From positions 79,757 through 143,756 of the forward strand of contig CAZXMM010000001.1 in NCBI GenBank assembly GCA_964641255.1: a stretch of DNA of 64,000 bases, read 5' to 3'. The notes below the pieces were generated by a model that did not search any database, was not told where the DNA came from, and was given only the letters and a program-made list of their open reading frames with translations. The position numbers were made by a program, and so were the translations under genes. Positions 47,690-57,062 of this stretch are shown piece after piece. Source of the DNA: an uncultured Gammaproteobacteria bacterium (lineage in GTDB: Bacteria; Patescibacteriota; Microgenomatia; JAMCZE01). The first letter of the stretch is position 1; every line of letters begins with the position of its first letter.

Positions 47690-48328
47690 ATGAATAAAAA
47701 TTTAATTTACGTGTTGGTCACAATTGTTCTTCTTGTTCTTCTTGGCGGAGCGGGTTACCTGTTTTTAACTAACACTACTACTCCAGCGGCAATGATGGCA
47801 GACAAGCCCCAGGTAGTGGTAGATACTCCTCAAACACTCACAGATTTACTTGCTCTTGGTGAGTCACAAAAATGCAGCTATCAGGATCAAACCGAAAAAA
47901 CAAATGTGAGGGGAGTAACCTATATTGCCGCTGGTAAAATCCGCAGTGATTTTATCACTAGTGTCTCTGGTCAGGAGACCGGGGGGCACATGCTGCTAAC
48001 TAATAGTGTCGCTAATGTTTGGATGGATGGCCAAAAAACTGGTTTTAAGATGGCCCTGGATACTATCGGTGACACAACCGTCAACACTGAAGCTAGTAAA
48101 ACAGTAGACTTAAATAAAGCCATGAATTTTAAGTGTGAACCGTGGACCGTGGATGAAAAAGTATTTACCCTTCCCGGCGGTGTGAGTTTTTCTGAGCTAC
48201 CGACTTCAAAAATGTCGCCAGACGACAAAGAGTCCGCGTCCGGGGCTGCCAATAGCCAGTGTGTCGCCTGTAGCTATCTTACCGGTGAGGAGAAAGCTCA
48301 GTGCCTGGTCGCACTTAAATGTAATTAG
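47690..48328 (+). CDS. secreted/membrane-anchored hypothetical protein with a Cys-rich C-terminus
   Basis: N-terminal TM helix or signal anchor. C-terminus reads CVACSYLTGEEKAQCLVALKCN. Confidence 0.45.
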   Translation: MNKNLIYVLVTIVLLVLLGGAGYLFLTNTTTPAAMMADKPQVVVDTPQTLTDLLALGESQKCSYQDQTEKTNVRGVTYIAAGKIRSDFITSVSGQETGGHMLLTNSVANVWMDGQKTGFKMALDTIGDTTVNTEASKTVDLNKAMNFKCEPWTVDEKVFTLPGGVSFSELPTSKMSPDDKESASGAANSQCVACSYLTGEEKAQCLVALKCN

Positions 48329-48369
48329 TTGTCCCCCGTTCTTCTTCTCTTGTGTTAGCATAGCAATGA

Positions 48370-49683
48370 GTGAAAAAAATCAACACCATTTTTATTGCCA
48401 ATTTGTCAGAAATTTCTCTAAACCTGGTGCACTTTATGCATCCCCAGGAGGTCGAAGCGGAGATTTCCGAAGACCATGACTTGTGTGATCGCTTTCTTTT
48501 TTCCCTGCCAAATAATTCGTTACTCCTGACTCCCTATCTGCTGGATCAAGACTTTTTTACAGATAGCTGCACACTTCTGCGACTAAGAAATATTATTAAT
48601 TTGGCTCCCAAAACCATTGGTCAGTCCATTTGTGAGGCCATAAATGCCGATGCCGATCTTTTTGAAAAGTTAGTCGTAACCATTAAAAATAATCCGGGAG
48701 TGGCTATTGTCTCCTACGCTGCCACCAGTGAGTTTCTAGCGCTAGTGGAGCAGCTACGTAAAAGACAACTGGTGTTTACCACTCCCGAAGCTCCAAGTGC
48801 TCAGGGCCACTGGGTTTATGATTTTTTTGGTTCCAAGTGCGGCTTTCGTCAGGCTAAAATGCCGGCTCCCCCGGGGTTCATCTGTTCTAATAGAGAAGAA
48901 CTACTGGGTTGGAGCGAATATTTTTTAAAGGAAACTGCCGGGTGTGTCATTAAAACCAATCGGGGATTAGCTGGGGCTGGACTACGAATTATTAGAAAAA
49001 CCGAAGTCGGCAAAAGCCCACGGGAATTTGTGGCCCAGATTTTAGACTCTGAAAATTACTGGCAAGATTTCCCATTAGTAGTTGAAGAATTTCTCCCGCC
49101 TGATATCACAATATGTGGGGGGGCACCCAACATCGAGCTAAAGATACAAGGTGGTCGAGTGACTCCACTTTACGTATGCAGTATGCGAATCAGTAACGAG
49201 GGAGTATTTCAAGGAATCGAATTTGGCAAGGATAGTGTCCCGGTGATCATAGCCAGGCAACTGCGGGTCTTTGGTTTAGAATATGGGCAAATACTTAAGC
49301 AGTATAACTATCGGGGGTTCTTTGAAATGGACTTTGTCTGGACTAGGGGCCAAAGGCTAGTTCCTATAGAGAGTAACTTGCGTCGGACTGGTGGAACTCA
49401 CGCTTTCGAGTTAGCCAGGCGACTGTTAGGAAATGACTTTTATCGCCATTTTTATCTTACTACTAACAACCGTTCTCCGATCCCTGCTTTAAAAAAACTT
49501 TCCTATCATGAGGTGCGTTCTAGGGTTGCCCCCCTGCTGTTCCCAATCGCTACAAGCAAGACAGGGGTAGTTCTTACTGTAACTAAGGGTATTGGTCACG
49601 GGCGGCTGGGTTATGTCGTCATTGGCAAAACGCGGCAGCAAGCCCACCAAATAGAAACGGCGCTACTTAGCTTACTCACATGA
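48370..49683 (+). CDS. ATP-grasp fold enzyme (ligase), substrate unknown
   Basis: GCVIKTNRGLAGAGLRII (Lys/Gly-rich loop), VVEEFLPPD and GFFEMDFVWTRGQRLVPIESNLRRTGG (E-x-N-x-R, Mg-binding motif of ATP-grasp enzymes). Confidence 0.5.
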   Translation: MKKINTIFIANLSEISLNLVHFMHPQEVEAEISEDHDLCDRFLFSLPNNSLLLTPYLLDQDFFTDSCTLLRLRNIINLAPKTIGQSICEAINADADLFEKLVVTIKNNPGVAIVSYAATSEFLALVEQLRKRQLVFTTPEAPSAQGHWVYDFFGSKCGFRQAKMPAPPGFICSNREELLGWSEYFLKETAGCVIKTNRGLAGAGLRIIRKTEVGKSPREFVAQILDSENYWQDFPLVVEEFLPPDITICGGAPNIELKIQGGRVTPLYVCSMRISNEGVFQGIEFGKDSVPVIIARQLRVFGLEYGQILKQYNYRGFFEMDFVWTRGQRLVPIESNLRRTGGTHAFELARRLLGNDFYRHFYLTTNNRSPIPALKKLSYHEVRSRVAPLLFPIATSKTGVVLTVTKGIGHGRLGYVVIGKTRQQAHQIETALLSLLT

Positions 49684-50890
49684 ATTTAGCTTTTGCACTT
49701 CGTCCCCGAACTCTGGATGAATTTTTTGGACAAACCCACTTGGTGGGTCAGGGAAAGATTATTAACAGGCTAATTACTGGGGGACAACTCTTTTCAATGA
49801 TTTTGTGGGGGCCACCCGGAAGTGGAAAGACGACTTTAGCAAAAATAATTGTCCAGTCACTTAAGACTGAATTTTTTGAACTATCGGGTGTTACTGCTGG
49901 GAAAGAGGAATTGTTGAAAGTGATTGCTCTGGCTAAGGAAAATCAAAAACAGGGTAAATCCACTATTCTTTTCATCGATGAAATCCACCGCTGGAACAAG
50001 TCCCAACAAGATGCCCTTCTCCCTTATGTAGAAAATGGTCTACTCACTCTTATTGGCGCGACAACCGAAAACCCCTCGTTTGAAGTTATTAGTCCACTTC
50101 TTTCAAGAGCAGGGTATTTGTTTTAGAGGGGCTAGCCGCAAGAGACTTAGAAAGAATTATTGACCAGGCTCTAAGTGACAAAGAAAGGGGGCTGGGAAAA
50201 TTAAACAAAAAAATAAACCAAGCTGGAAAGGAGCTCATTGTTCGGCTCTCGGGTGGGGATGCCCGCATTGTTCTTAATGCTCTAGAGATGGCAGCGACTG
50301 CTTATGATGAGAAGGTGATTACAGAAGGCATCATTCAAGAGATTTTCCAGACAAAATCAGCTGGTCTTTACGACAAAAAAGCGGATGAGCATTACAATGT
50401 AATTTCTGCTTACATCAAAAGTGTTCGGGGATCTGATCCTGACGCCGCCCTCTACTATCTGGCCCGAATGTTGGCAAGCGGAGAAGACCCAAAGTTTATC
50501 GCCAGACGCATGATCATTCTGGCCTCCGAGGATATTGGTTTGGCTGATCGGGGGGCACTAATTCAGGCAAATGCGTGCTTTGAAGCGGTCAGTAAAATTG
50601 GTATGCCGGAAGCCCAACTTACTCTTGCCCACGGAACACTTTATTTGGCTACTGCCAAAAAATCCCGAGGGGTGGCTAACGCTCTGGAAAAAGCTAAAGA
50701 AGTGGTGGTGCAATTTCCCAGCGAACCTATCCCGCTTTTCCTGCGTAATGCCCCGACCAAGCTAATGAAAAATCTGGGTTATGGTAAGGAGTATCGTTGG
50801 GGAGAAGATTATGTAGGTCCCACGGTCAAACGGTCTTTTTTACCAGATAGGATAAAAGATAAGAAATTTTACGAAGAAGCATCCAAATAG
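49680..50890 (+). pseudogene. rarA: replication-associated recombination protein A (MgsA/RarA, AAA+), disrupted by a frameshift near 50110-50115
   Basis: ORF 49680..50126 holds Walker A GPPGSGKTTLAKI, Walker B ILFIDEIHRWNK and ends ...LLSRAGYLF*. The RarA consensus continues in the next frame from about 50104 (RVFVLEGLAARDLERIIDQAL ... GDARIVLNALE) into ORF 50288..50890. A missing A in gcagggtat relative to gcaAgggtat explains the break. Confidence 0.7.
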
Positions 50891-50912
50891 TATTTTTGAC
50901 AGCTAAGGTATT

Positions 50913-51398
50913 TTGTCATACACTAGCTCTAACTTGAAAAACTTTCTTGTTATAGGGATCGTTTTTATCCTTGTTCTTATTGGCGGAGTGGTCTTTACTC
51001 TTAACCGCTACGGCTCTAATTTAAGAATAAGTCAACCGCAGACTACAAAAACGCCAACTATTACTGATTCAAAGACCCCAAACCCGACCCTCTCCAACCC
51101 GGCCTCAGAAAATTGTCTTGCCAAGGGGGGAACCTTAACTATGCAACAGCGAGGAGATGGGGGAGAGTATGGACTGTGTAATTTTGAAGATGCCTATGCC
51201 TGTGAAGAGTGGGCTCTTATGAGAGGTGATTGTCCGGTGGAAGGAGTAAAAACTACCGGTTTTGATACAGTGGCTCAAAAATATTGTGCTTGGGTCGGAG
51301 GACACACTCTGGCGGAGCCAAATGCCAAATGCACTTTTAAGGACGGCAAGGTTTGTCTCAATGACGACCTCTATAGTGGCAAGTGTTTGCCCAACTAA
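50913..51398 (+). CDS. DUF333-like secreted protein (putative-hemolysin-type Cys motif), N-terminal TM anchor
   Basis: NPASENCLAKGGTLTMQQRGDGGEYGLCNFEDAYACEEWALMRGDCP matches the DUF333 pattern (NPASVYC..GG ... G.C.F.DGS.CEEWA..RGEC). A second degenerate copy follows. Confidence 0.55.
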   Translation: MSYTSSNLKNFLVIGIVFILVLIGGVVFTLNRYGSNLRISQPQTTKTPTITDSKTPNPTLSNPASENCLAKGGTLTMQQRGDGGEYGLCNFEDAYACEEWALMRGDCPVEGVKTTGFDTVAQKYCAWVGGHTLAEPNAKCTFKDGKVCLNDDLYSGKCLPN

Positions 51399-51973
51399 AC
51401 TTCTTCCTCAGTTACTTCATTAGGAAATAGTAAGCGAAAAGGGTAGCCCACGTAGTTTCTCTTAATTATCCCACAGTCAAATTTCTTTAGAAAAGCCACC
51501 ATCTCACTCGTTATTTCCGCTGGTGCTTTTCCCTTGCTGTCCGCCTTAAGTTCAATTTCCAAAAAGTCCCCCAAGCCTTTAACCGAGTCAATCGCAATTT
51601 CAAGACCTTGATAGAGCCAAATGCTTCGGACTTTATCAACAACAGTGAGAGATTTCAAATTAAGAGCTGTAAAAATATTCTTAAGCTGCTTAATGTCCCC
51701 AATAGAAGATTCATACTCGTCGCAATGGTGACAGCGACCATTTTTGTCGATGTGCCAATTTTTGTAATTGATGGAAAAATTACCTGATGAGTTTCGCAAC
51801 CTTAGCCATTCTTTTGTGGGTCGTGTTCCTAAGAAGTTGCGGTGCGCCGGAGTGAAATATTGATCAACTTGGTGTTTTTTACCCACAAATTTGCCGTTCT
51901 TTTTTAGGAATTGAATTAATCTTTTGGTTCTTTCAACGCGAACTTGAATTTCGATTTCAATCGAACTAGCCAT
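51395..51973 (-). CDS. CYTH-domain protein (class IV adenylate cyclase / triphosphatase fold)
   Basis: N-terminal SIEIEIQVRV (the ExExK-type motif) and typical 190-aa size. Overlaps the convergent DUF333 gene by 4 nt. Confidence 0.65.
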   Translation of the reverse strand: MASSIEIEIQVRVERTKRLIQFLKKNGKFVGKKHQVDQYFTPAHRNFLGTRPTKEWLRLRNSSGNFSINYKNWHIDKNGRCHHCDEYESSIGDIKQLKNIFTALNLKSLTVVDKVRSIWLYQGLEIAIDSVKGLGDFLEIELKADSKGKAPAEITSEMVAFLKKFDCGIIKRNYVGYPFRLLFPNEVTEEEV

Positions 51974-52268
51974 GGTCGTTTTAAAACTTTATCCAATAAT
52001 TTACCACGCCCACTATCATGACAATGGTGAGAACTACGGTGGTTATAAAAAACCAATTTGCCCCGCTCCCCGGTAAGATTTCCAAGCTGAATAAACCCAA
52101 AAGGGCTAAACCATTAGATTAATAATTAGTGCCCACTCTGGATACTTAGCCGCCAGAGCAATGTTAGCGGCAATTGTAAACGTAGGAAGGATAAACTGGG
52201 TGGCAACATCAACTGAGCTCCTTTTAATTGTCATAGAAATTGACTCTACCACTACGACCTTGATGCTA

Positions 52269-52988
52269 CTAGAGTGGATAAGGTGTCCCATCAAACCTTA
52301 GAAATCTTCCATTAAAAGCTTCGTTCCAGTTATTAGTTATATCGACAATCATTCTTGCTTGATCAAAGGGCAGCGATTTGCCAGCGGGATTCATATCGGT
52401 TTTTACACTTCCTGGGTGGACAGTAAAAGTCCTGACATTTTTAGGTAGATCGAAGACTGAACAAAAAGTGAGCATATTTAGAGCGGTTTTGCTGGCTCGA
52501 TAGCCATAGTTTCCATTTGTGTTTTCGTTCTCGTCATGATACGAGGCTCTACCACTAGAAATATTGATCACATAACTAGGGTCGCAAGACAATAAGGGTA
52601 GGAAATTTTTTAAAACCATCATGGGAGAAATCGTATTAATATCGAAAATTTTTTGCAGTGTTTGGCGGTCCAGTGAGGTTAGATTGCAGACTAATTCCTT
52701 GTGGCCGCCAGTAACTGAGTCTTTGTTCGCCCCTGCATTATTTATTAGAAAATCGATTTTGTTTGCTACGACAAGGACACTTTGCACCGCATCTTTTATT
52801 GACTTGTCGTCTGACACCTCGATAAGAATGGGGATTACTTTTGGATTTTTCTTGAGTTGAGGATCGAAATCTTGTAAGTTTCTGACCCCCGCAAACACTG
52901 TAAAGTCCTGGGTTGAAAAATAGTCTACAAATCCTCTTCCGAGCCCGCGGTTGCTCCCAGTTATAAAAACCGTTTTCATAAAGCGCAA
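52269..52988 (-). CDS. SDR-family oxidoreductase
   Basis: VFITGSNRGLGRGF cofactor motif and YRASK active-site region. Confidence 0.8.
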   Translation of the reverse strand: MRFMKTVFITGSNRGLGRGFVDYFSTQDFTVFAGVRNLQDFDPQLKKNPKVIPILIEVSDDKSIKDAVQSVLVVANKIDFLINNAGANKDSVTGGHKELVCNLTSLDRQTLQKIFDINTISPMMVLKNFLPLLSCDPSYVINISSGRASYHDENENTNGNYGYRASKTALNMLTFCSVFDLPKNVRTFTVHPGSVKTDMNPAGKSLPFDQARMIVDITNNWNEAFNGRFLRFDGTPYPL

Positions 52989-53012
52989 AGAGCCATCAGT
53001 AACAAAAGCTGG

Positions 53013-53399
53013 TTAACTTGTTTTTTCCTTGCTCTCCCACAGGCCAATGATATTGCCTTCGGTGTCCAGAGCCTTGGCATAGTAGCCCATGTCAGCTACT
53101 TGCTGTTTGGCCATGACTTCTTTGCCGCCGGCAGCGACCACTTTTTTCATCGCTTCTTCAATCGAGTCAACATTCATCACGACCACAGTTGCTTTGGAAG
53201 TGTCGTCCCTGGCGGTTATGGCGCCATTAATCGCTCCAGGAGCGCTGGGTCCTGTTTCTCCAGTCGGAGTGGTTACTGCCATGGCGTATTGACCAGGTGT
53301 CCCATAGTCGGTAAGTTGCCAACCAAACACGTCTTGGTAAAACTTTTTGGCTCGTGCCATGTCATCGGCGGGGATTTCAAAGTGTACGACTCCGTTCAT
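53013..53399 (-). CDS. VOC-family protein (glyoxalase/bleomycin-resistance fold)
   Basis: MNGVVHFEIPADDMARAKKFYQDVFGW is the VOC beta-alpha-beta-beta-beta start. 128 aa. Confidence 0.7.
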   Translation of the reverse strand: MNGVVHFEIPADDMARAKKFYQDVFGWQLTDYGTPGQYAMAVTTPTGETGPSAPGAINGAITARDDTSKATVVVMNVDSIEEAMKKVVAAGGKEVMAKQQVADMGYYAKALDTEGNIIGLWESKEKTS

Positions 53400-53438
53400 A
53401 GAATAGCCCGTTTCTAATCAGCCCGTGTAATTATCTAA

Positions 53439-54398
53439 TTAGGCTGAGAATAAATGATCCTGCAAAGAGTGGATGCTGTCAAGGTCGTGAATAGACACGG
53501 GGATAATAACTCGTTTAAGTTTCCGAAGTTGTTTAATTTTTTCTTTTAAAACCGCGCCTGAGACCAAATCAGTCTTTGTCAGAATGATAAGCTCTTTTTT
53601 CATTAGAAGTGTCTGACTAAATTTTTCCAGTTCCGCTCTGACCGTTTTGTAATCAGCAATAACATCTTCCGATTCGCAAGAGACACAGTGGGCAAGTACT
53701 TTAACTTTTTCAATGTGTTTTAAGAAGCGAATTCCCAGGCCCCTTCCCTCAGCTGCTCCCTCAATCAGTCCTGGTAGATCGGCAAGGATCAGACGTCTGC
53801 CATCGGGGAGGTCGGTCGTTCCCAAGTTGGGTTCTAGAGTAGTAAATGGATAAGCTCCGACCTTAGCCCTGGCAGCGGTTAGTTCATTAAGAAGACTACT
53901 CTTGCCCGTACTCGGTAGGCCAATAAACCCGACGTCAGCAATCAGACGGAGAATTGCTTTAAGAGTTTTTTCTTCTCCTGGGAGCCCGCTTTGGGCTTTT
54001 TCTGGGGTAGTATTACGAGCCGATTTTAGGTCGTTATTTCCCAGTCCACCAATGCCCCCTTTACAGATTAAGATACGCTCACCAACTGTAGTAACCTCAG
54101 TCACTTCTCCGGTTTCTTCGTTAGTGAGCTGGGTGCCTACAGGGATAAGCAGGGTCAGGTCTTTGCCACTTTCTCCTGCCTTTTGGTTAGCCCCCCCCGG
54201 TCCCCCGTCTTGGGCTTCAAACTTGGGTTGATGGGAAAAGCGCTCCAGAGCGGTCAGATCAGACGTACCCACGAGATAGACGTTCCCTCCGCTGCCCCCA
54301 TTGCCGCCGTCAGGCCCCCGGCGGTAATGATAAAAGGAGACTTTTCCGGCTCCACCGTGTCCGGCTTTGAGAGTGATTGTGACCTCATCAACTAGCAT
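53439..54398 (-). CDS. obg: GTPase Obg/CgtA
   Basis: MLVDEVTITLKAGHGGAGKVSFYHYRRGPDGGNGGSGGNVYL (Obg fold). G-domain motifs GLPSTGKSSLL and DLPG. Start moved to the internal ATG at 54398, because the ORF-track start at 54485 adds a non-conserved extension. Confidence 0.85.
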   Translation of the reverse strand: MLVDEVTITLKAGHGGAGKVSFYHYRRGPDGGNGGSGGNVYLVGTSDLTALERFSHQPKFEAQDGGPGGANQKAGESGKDLTLLIPVGTQLTNEETGEVTEVTTVGERILICKGGIGGLGNNDLKSARNTTPEKAQSGLPGEEKTLKAILRLIADVGFIGLPSTGKSSLLNELTAARAKVGAYPFTTLEPNLGTTDLPDGRRLILADLPGLIEGAAEGRGLGIRFLKHIEKVKVLAHCVSCESEDVIADYKTVRAELEKFSQTLLMKKELIILTKTDLVSGAVLKEKIKQLRKLKRVIIPVSIHDLDSIHSLQDHLFSA

Positions 54399-54473
54399 GA
54401 GGTCATTATAGTCCTTTAAGCTTAAAAAGGGTTCGTCGTAATTTGGCGGCTTTTTTGCTATAATAGGAACACT

Positions 54474-54794
54474 TTGAAAGCACAAATTATCCTCTCAGCC
54501 GCTAATATTTGTACTCGTTGTGGCAAACCTCGTGTTGTAGCAAGAACCTGGATCGAAGAGATCGAAACTTACAATGGTAAATCTAAGGTTACCCACACCC
54601 AAACGGTCTGTCCCGATCCTACTTGCCAAAAAATTGTTGAAGAACGGTTGGCGGAACGGATAGAAAGTAGCGCAAAAGCCGAAAAAGAAAGAGCGGAGCG
54701 TAAAGAGCTGAGTAATAAAAACGCTACTCCCAAAAACCGCGTACACATTAATTTATCTAGTGGTAGTAAAAAGTCCAAAGCAAAGAAGAAATAA
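54474..54794 (+). CDS. small Cys-containing (CxxC ... CxxxxC, zinc-ribbon-like) basic protein
   Basis: CTRCGKPRV ... CPDPTCQK, then a Lys/Glu-rich basic tail. Immediately upstream of the DUF2130-like gene. Confidence 0.4.
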   Translation: MKAQIILSAANICTRCGKPRVVARTWIEEIETYNGKSKVTHTQTVCPDPTCQKIVEERLAERIESSAKAEKERAERKELSNKNATPKNRVHINLSSGSKKSKAKKK

Positions 54795-54808
54795 CCTAGG
54801 ACTTCTTC

Positions 54809-55945
54809 ATGACCGATCAAACTTTTCTTTGTCCCCACTGTCAAAAAGAGATTGCCCTGACAGAAGCGCTTTCGCACCAATTGCAAGACCGGTTACAAAA
54901 AGACTACGACCTTAAATTAGAAGAGCAAACCGCTGTAATCGCTAAAAAAGCCGAAGACAAATTACGAACGCAAGTCGAAACCGAGCTCAGAGATAAAGCC
55001 AATCAACTGGCTGAGCTGCGAGAGCAGAGCAAACGCGACCGAGCCCAAGTTTTAGAGTTAATGAAACTAACTCGAGAATTAAAGAAACAAGGCGAAGATC
55101 AAGAACTCGAGTTTCAAAAAAAACTAGCTGCAGGTGAGGAGGCCATTCGGCAGCAAGCGCGTAAAAGAGCCGACGAAGAATATCGACTAAAAGAGCTCGA
55201 GTTTCAAAAAAAACTAGCTGATGTTACCGCAGTAAATGATGAATTAAGGCGCAAGCTCGAGCAGGGTTCCCAGCAAACGCAAGGAGAAATTCTCGAATTG
55301 GACCTGGAAACAACGCTTCGGAATACTTTCTTAAATGATGTAATTGCCCCGGTTGAAAAGGGGGTGCGCGGCGCTGACGTCCAGCAAATTGTTAAAAGCC
55401 CTAAGGGGTTTATTTGTGGAACTATTCTTTGGGAATTTAAAAACACTAAGGCGTGGACGGACAGTTGGACCGCCAAGTTACTGGAAGACATGCGTAGTAC
55501 AAAAGCTGTTGTGGGAATAATTATTACGACTACCCTACCAAAAGATAGTAAGTCAGAGATGGAAGAGCGTAATGGGATTTGGGTGTGTACTCCTAAACTA
55601 GTATTGCCTCTAGCCACTCTGATTCGGCAAAAGATATTAGACGTTGCCTTCCAAAAAGCCATATCTGTGAATAAGGCTAGTAGGGCAGAACAACTCTATG
55701 AGTATGTAATGAGTATTGAGTTTAAGCAGCAAGTAGAAGCGATTGTTGGGGCAACCAGTCAAATGCAAAGTCAAATTGCCAATGAGCGGCGAGCTATGGA
55801 AAAGATTTGGAAAGAGCGTGAGGCTCAATTGACTCGGATAATCAGTTCAACAGCGGGTGTCTACGGTAGTATCCAGGGCAAAGTCGGTTCGTCCCTCCCC
55901 CCAATTCGTAGTCTTGAATTGCTTCCCGGTGGAGATGATAATTAA
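54809..55945 (+). CDS. DUF2130-like protein (N-terminal CxxC, long coiled coil, conserved C-terminal domain)
   Basis: FLCPHCQKEIALTE, an extended coiled coil, then GEILELDLETTLRNTFLNDVIAPVEKGVRGADVQQIV, resembling the DUF2130 core. Confidence 0.55.
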   Translation: MTDQTFLCPHCQKEIALTEALSHQLQDRLQKDYDLKLEEQTAVIAKKAEDKLRTQVETELRDKANQLAELREQSKRDRAQVLELMKLTRELKKQGEDQELEFQKKLAAGEEAIRQQARKRADEEYRLKELEFQKKLADVTAVNDELRRKLEQGSQQTQGEILELDLETTLRNTFLNDVIAPVEKGVRGADVQQIVKSPKGFICGTILWEFKNTKAWTDSWTAKLLEDMRSTKAVVGIIITTTLPKDSKSEMEERNGIWVCTPKLVLPLATLIRQKILDVAFQKAISVNKASRAEQLYEYVMSIEFKQQVEAIVGATSQMQSQIANERRAMEKIWKEREAQLTRIISSTAGVYGSIQGKVGSSLPPIRSLELLPGGDDN

Positions 55946-55949
55946 ATCT

Positions 55950-57008
55950 ATGTTTAGCCAAAGAGGCAACCTACTCGTTGTTATTTTTGTTGCGGTTATC
56001 ATCGCTGTCACTCTTCTGACTGCTAGCCGCCTTGTTTACCAGTATTACAGCACTGGACAAAAGGAATCGAAAACCCGGAGCTTAAATTTAAGACCCACTC
56101 CTTTAGTGACCGGGATAGACAAAGATCAAAAAATTGAAAACTGGAAAACCTATTCAAATTCGCAGTATGCCTTTTCATTTTCCTACCCACCAGAATTAGT
56201 TTTCCAAGAAACTGTTGGTGATGCTACTTTGTTGCAAGTCATGTTCAATGATTCAGCAAAAAGTGGCCTGCCCCCGCTTTCAATTGAAGTGCGTGATGCA
56301 AAAAGTCTTGAGGAGGAGGTTGATTATCGACGCTGGAGAGTTATTGGGCACCTTGCTGACAAGATCGACTACCAAGAGAGTGTTACTGTTTCTAGCCAGC
56401 AGGGCATCAAGCTTGGTTATCAATTACTTTCCCCCAAAGAGACAAGACTATATGACGTTAGTGTAATTGTACCTTTTGGTGGACACTTTTATACTATCAG
56501 TGGGGAAAGTATGCTGGTACAGCAAATCATCACTACATTTTCCTTTACCGATCAGCAGAAAGCATCGGCACCAACGACGACACTAAACATTTTTTTCAAT
56601 AATAGTAAACTGAACAACGATCCTAATTTTTTGGAGTGCGGACGGGTCTACCCAGTTAGCAGAACCGTTCCCAAAACCAAAGCTGTTGCGACAGCCGCTC
56701 TACATGCCTGGCTTGCGGGGCCAACAGAAAAAGAGATCGCTGATGGTTATTCTGGGGGAACCCACGGTGATGTAACCCTTCGATCGGTAGCGGTTACAGG
56801 TGGGGTGGCCACGGCTGATTTTCATTTTGCATCCTCGCCAGAGTTTGATGGGCCACCAATCAGTCGATATATCCAAGGAACCTGTGGGACGGAATCGTTT
56901 GTGTCCCAAGTCACCACTACTCTTAAACAATTTCCTACTATAAAGGAGGTGCACTTAGCGGTAGATGGTAGTACCAACGAATTTTCCACTTGGGCAGGCA
57001 GTCCCTAG
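55950..57008 (+). CDS. membrane-anchored protein with a C-terminal GerMN (germane) domain
   Basis: TM helix near the N-terminus. C-terminus reads AVATAALHAWLAGPTEKEIADGYSGG ... ATADFHFASSPEF ... TLKQFPTIKEVHLAVDGS, a GerMN-like pattern. The start was set to ATG 55950, just after the DUF2130 stop. Confidence 0.55.
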   Translation: MFSQRGNLLVVIFVAVIIAVTLLTASRLVYQYYSTGQKESKTRSLNLRPTPLVTGIDKDQKIENWKTYSNSQYAFSFSYPPELVFQETVGDATLLQVMFNDSAKSGLPPLSIEVRDAKSLEEEVDYRRWRVIGHLADKIDYQESVTVSSQQGIKLGYQLLSPKETRLYDVSVIVPFGGHFYTISGESMLVQQIITTFSFTDQQKASAPTTTLNIFFNNSKLNNDPNFLECGRVYPVSRTVPKTKAVATAALHAWLAGPTEKEIADGYSGGTHGDVTLRSVAVTGGVATADFHFASSPEFDGPPISRYIQGTCGTESFVSQVTTTLKQFPTIKEVHLAVDGSTNEFSTWAGSP

Positions 57009-57017
57009 ACAGTAAAA

Positions 57018-57053
57018 AGCCAGCGAGGTTTTTTAAAATACCAGTCGCTGGCT
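57018..57053. terminator. bidirectional terminator-like hairpin between convergent genes
   Basis: agccagcga - ggttttttaaaatacca - tcgctggct: a perfect 9-bp stem with a T/A-rich loop and flanks. Confidence 0.5.
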
Positions 57054-57062
57054 CGAAATTTC

